Shown one piece after another: positions 60,390 through 64,000 of a stretch of DNA of 64,000 bases. The notes under the pieces are model-generated. The model did no database searches and was not told the origin of the DNA. It was given only the letters and a program-made list of their open reading frames with translations. Position numbers and translations under genes: made by a program. This DNA comes from Eledone cirrhosa (Eukaryota), in assembly GCA_964016885.1 (NCBI GenBank), contig OZ024753.1, positions 14,322,001 to 14,386,000 of the forward strand. The letters run 5' to 3'. The stretch's first letter is position 1, and every line of letters starts with the position of its first letter.

Positions 60390-61120
60390 TTACTGAAGCT
60401 ACCTTATAGCTTCTTAAAAATACATTTTATAATTATTGTCTTTTTGCTTATATATTTTCTTACTTATCATTTTCTTGATAAGCTCTTTGAATTGCTCCCT
60501 AATTAAATTACTTAAATTATTTTATCTATTATACCTAAGTTGTATCTGTTGAGGCAGCCCTTTGAAAGTTCCTCGGATATCCCAAATACCGTAATTTTTA
60601 ACTTTTAATTTATAATTTTCCTCAATTCGTTTATATATATCCTTAAAGGCTCTCTAAAATTTTAATTCTTCGAAGGGTCTCTCGGAGGAGGTTCCTATTA
60701 AAAATAAAGGGGCCTTTTCTGAGGGGTTTATTGAAGCCTTTTTGAATTAACCTTTAATTGATTAGTTTCTTTCAACTTAGTAGGGATTATCAAAACTTCG
60801 TAAATTTTCTGAAATGTTTTAACGTGATCTCTGGGGAAGAAAGTTTTTTCTTTCGAAAAAATCTTTTTTACTCTCGAAGGAACTTCTTAGGAAACTTTAT
60901 ATTTTTTTAGGGAAACTTTATATCTTTATTTTTATTATTTTTTCCATTTTATTAGTCTCTTAATCTCTTCTAGTTTGTCAAGTTTATTGGGGCTTGTAAG
61001 CTTTATGCACTTATTGAGGGATTTTTTAAGGTGCTTCTACGAGATCCCAAGTCTTTTACTTTTAATGCGTAAATTATAAATTATCTAATTTTTAACCTTC
61101 AATCCCTGACTCTTAGGCCC
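60390..61120 (+). mobile_element. Highly decayed Penelope-like (Naiad-type) 3' ORF remnant
   Basis: Motif traces in the expected order: YFLTYHFLDKLF (cf. HFPPNHRYYKLF), SCIC*GSPL (cf. CNCR..CPL), NTVIF, GACKLY; followed by a hammerhead-like motif. Confidence 0.45.
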
Positions 61121-61301
61121 TTTTCAAATTCTCTTAACTCCCCATAACCCATCCCTTTTACAATTCCCACAACTAATATAAAAGAGCCCCCTTAGAATAT
61201 AGACCCCAAATATACAAGCGGAGCTGCTGATGTATACCACAATTTCAAACTGCTAGTCTTAAGTGATACGTTGATGTAAATAATGAACTTACAATCACAT
61301 G

Positions 61302-61357
61302 TTATATACCTTGAAAAGTCCCCCCATATGGTCGGACGAAACGGCTGTCGGCAATAA
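61302..61357 (+). ncRNA. Hammerhead ribozyme with U3-A8 core variant, second family
   Basis: TTATATACC-TTGAAAA-GTCC...GGAC-GAAA-CGGCTG-TC-GGCAATAA; GUC cleavage triplet; stem I imperfect. Confidence 0.6.
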
Positions 61358-61506
61358 ATTTGTTATAATGTCATAATAGTTCCTTTGTTCTTTTTCATTA
61401 ATATTTCTGCTCTGCTTATACGCATAGAGCTTAACTAGCTACCGTCGCATATTTGGTAGGTCAGACGTGATCATCGCGATTCACATACGACCTACCATAC
61501 ATCTTG

Positions 61507-61560
<54 letters not shown>

Positions 61561-61735
61561 CATATATATATATATATAAATACATACATATATATATATA
61601 TAAATACATACATATATATATATATAAATACATACATATATATATATATAAATACATACATATATATATATATAAATACATACATATATATATAAATACA
61701 TACATATATATATATATATACATACATATATATAT

Positions 61736-61766
<31 letters not shown>

Positions 61767-61771
61767 CATAC

Positions 61772-61802
<31 letters not shown>

Positions 61803-61920
61803 CATACATATATACATATATATATACATACATACATATATATATATACATACATACATATATATATATACATATATACATATATACATATATATATATA
61901 CATACATATATATATATACA

Positions 61921-62525
61921 TGGTGGCTGCCAACTCGTTTTCGAGTACGGCCACTACTTTATATCCATGTAGGAGAACCCCTACTGATGCGCTAAACAAG
62001 TGCGACTTTTTAGTCCAGCCAGCGACTTGAAAACTCTGGTACAAACACTACACTTGTGACAATTATTGACACATAGTGCTAGGCCCATGGTACCATATGA
62101 CGACAAGTGCAGAGAGATCTCCAGATATAAAGCAATGCCTGTGCCGTGAAGCTTTTATAGTGAGCAAAGGCACTGCACAAAACCAGTCCCACTCTCTTAA
62201 CCAAGATGATATTTACCAAAAAGAAGAACAAGTCAACATCATTGGATACCATTAGGGTTGCAGGTGTTATATCAGAGTTTTCCTTCTCCTAGAATTCTGC
62301 CTTGACAAAGGCTAAGGGGTCATCTCTCCCGGTGATTTTGGATGGCCATTGACTCTTAAGAGCTCCTTTGCCCTTTGACAGGTTTTGTTTTTAGTCCTGC
62401 AGGATGTCCAAAGTCACCCTCCTCACCAAGAAACCTTGGTGGGGTTGCCAGTTTAGTCGCCAATGACCCGACCATGAGACAGGTTGTACTGGGATACATG
62501 TTACCAGTAGCACCACTGGTGACCT
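61921..62525 (-). mobile_element. SINE family A, full length
   Basis: Near-identical to 41233-41841; preceded by (TA)n at 61508-61920. Confidence 0.85.
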
Positions 62526-62774
62526 ATATATACATACCTATATATATACATACATATAAGTTAAAACAATGAAATAAAAAATCAATTCATTAGAGATATA
62601 CTTCACTGCTTTACGATCGTTTCTAGATGATAATAAATCAATGTTTATCATTGATAGACCAACGGTCAAAAATACAGATATAAATATATATAAATCGTCA
62701 ATCAAAGTTCTTTCGATGCACATATGAAACATCATCAGTGGTACTATTATGTTCTCTCGTATTGTATTGTAATT

Positions 62775-63122
62775 TCTATTTTTATTTTATTTATTTATTA
62801 CTACTTGTCTCAGTCTCTGCGCATGCGTTTGCATGTGTGTATAATGTTTGGCGTTCGTAAGAAGACCAAATTTAAACAGAGAAAATGAATGGAATAACAA
62901 CAACCATAGCCAAACAAACAACACTGACTTAAGGGAAATATAAATAGATAAATAAATATATACACAAATACAATAAAAACAAACACATATAAACACATAC
63001 TAGTATACAAAGATAGAATAGGAAAACAAACACCCATACACTCAAACGCGAACACACACACACCCAAACGCATGCGCAGAGACACAGAGAAGAAGAAATA
63101 AATAAATAAATACAATAAAATT
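62775..63122. repeat. Imperfect ~55-bp inverted repeat
   Basis: GTCTCTGCGCATGCGTTTG (62814) versus CAAACGCATGCGCAGAGAC (63065), with extended AT-rich pairing. Confidence 0.6.
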
Positions 63123-63679
63123 TTCAATTGGTATTGGAACGATCAGGTGAGAATTAGTGGCAGAAAACAACAACAACTTTAAGAAATCTTCAAAAACAAT
63201 CTTGGAACAAAGAAAGAATGCAGTAAATCAAAGCAAAAATTAATAAAAAACAAAAAACAACAACAACAACAACAAACAGTGTGATATGAGATAGGACGGG
63301 GTGGGGGAATATCACACAAAGGGCGGAGATGTTGAAGTAATAATAACAACAAGAATAATAACGATAATAACGAACATTATTATTATAACTATTATTATCA
63401 TTATTATTATTATTATCATTATTATTATTATTATTAGTAGTATTTCTAAATGATACTGGGGAGCAGGGGCAGGGGCAGTGGCTGTGGAATGAGGGAGAGG
63501 TGTGTGTACATTTGTTTTTTTCTTAAGGAAAACAATGGTTGGTTGGGAAGGAACGACAGAGCCGGGTGCGTGGGTGGCGGCAATACATACTTAAGATGGC
63601 TGTTGCTGTTGATGTACTTCATGTTATGCTCCTCCCAGTTCGGAACAAAACAAATATATAGTTACATTCACACACACAC

Positions 63680-63740
<61 letters not shown>

Positions 63741-64000
63741 TATGTGTATGTATTTTATATATATATATTTATATGAATATATGTGTATGTATTTTATATA
63801 TATATATTTATATTTATATGAATATATGTGTATGTATTTTATATATATATATATTTATATGAATATATATGCATGTATTTTATATATATATATTTATATG
63901 AATATATATGCATGTATTTTATATATATATATTTATATAAATATATATGAATATATATGAATATATATATATTTATATATATATATATATATATATATGA

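Noticed and set aside
62700-62745. Minus-strand CTGATGA...GAAA hammerhead candidate
   Set aside because: Stems I and II pair poorly; kept only as a possible decayed relative of 50153.

Overview
Gene-poor, very AT-rich eukaryotic (animal) genomic DNA. The SINE/LINE sequences resemble from memory those of octopod cephalopods, but this is an inference and was not checked. About 26 kb (~40%) is interrupted (TA)n microsatellite, which generates all the long IYIY ORFs (spurious), and there is a 200-N assembly gap at 52307-52506. No intact host gene is recognisable. The remainder is transposon-derived: a CRE-like RT fragment, RTE and CR1 LINE pieces, three Penelope-like (Naiad-type) fragments, RTE-derived and tRNA-type SINEs, a Tc1/mariner-type MITE, a probable non-autonomous Helitron, a 40-bp satellite inside a ~500-bp inverted repeat, and a disrupted acidic Gly-X-Y repeat ORF. 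The most notable signal is a dense set of minimal type I hammerhead ribozymes (about 13 complete or near-complete motifs plus partial ones, from several unrelated families). These include two non-coding tandem retrozyme-like arrays with Penelope-style inverted 5' ends, and motifs whose core reads UUGAAAA instead of CUGANGA, the compensatory U3-A8 variant of the C3-G8 pair. All structures were read by eye and none has been tested.
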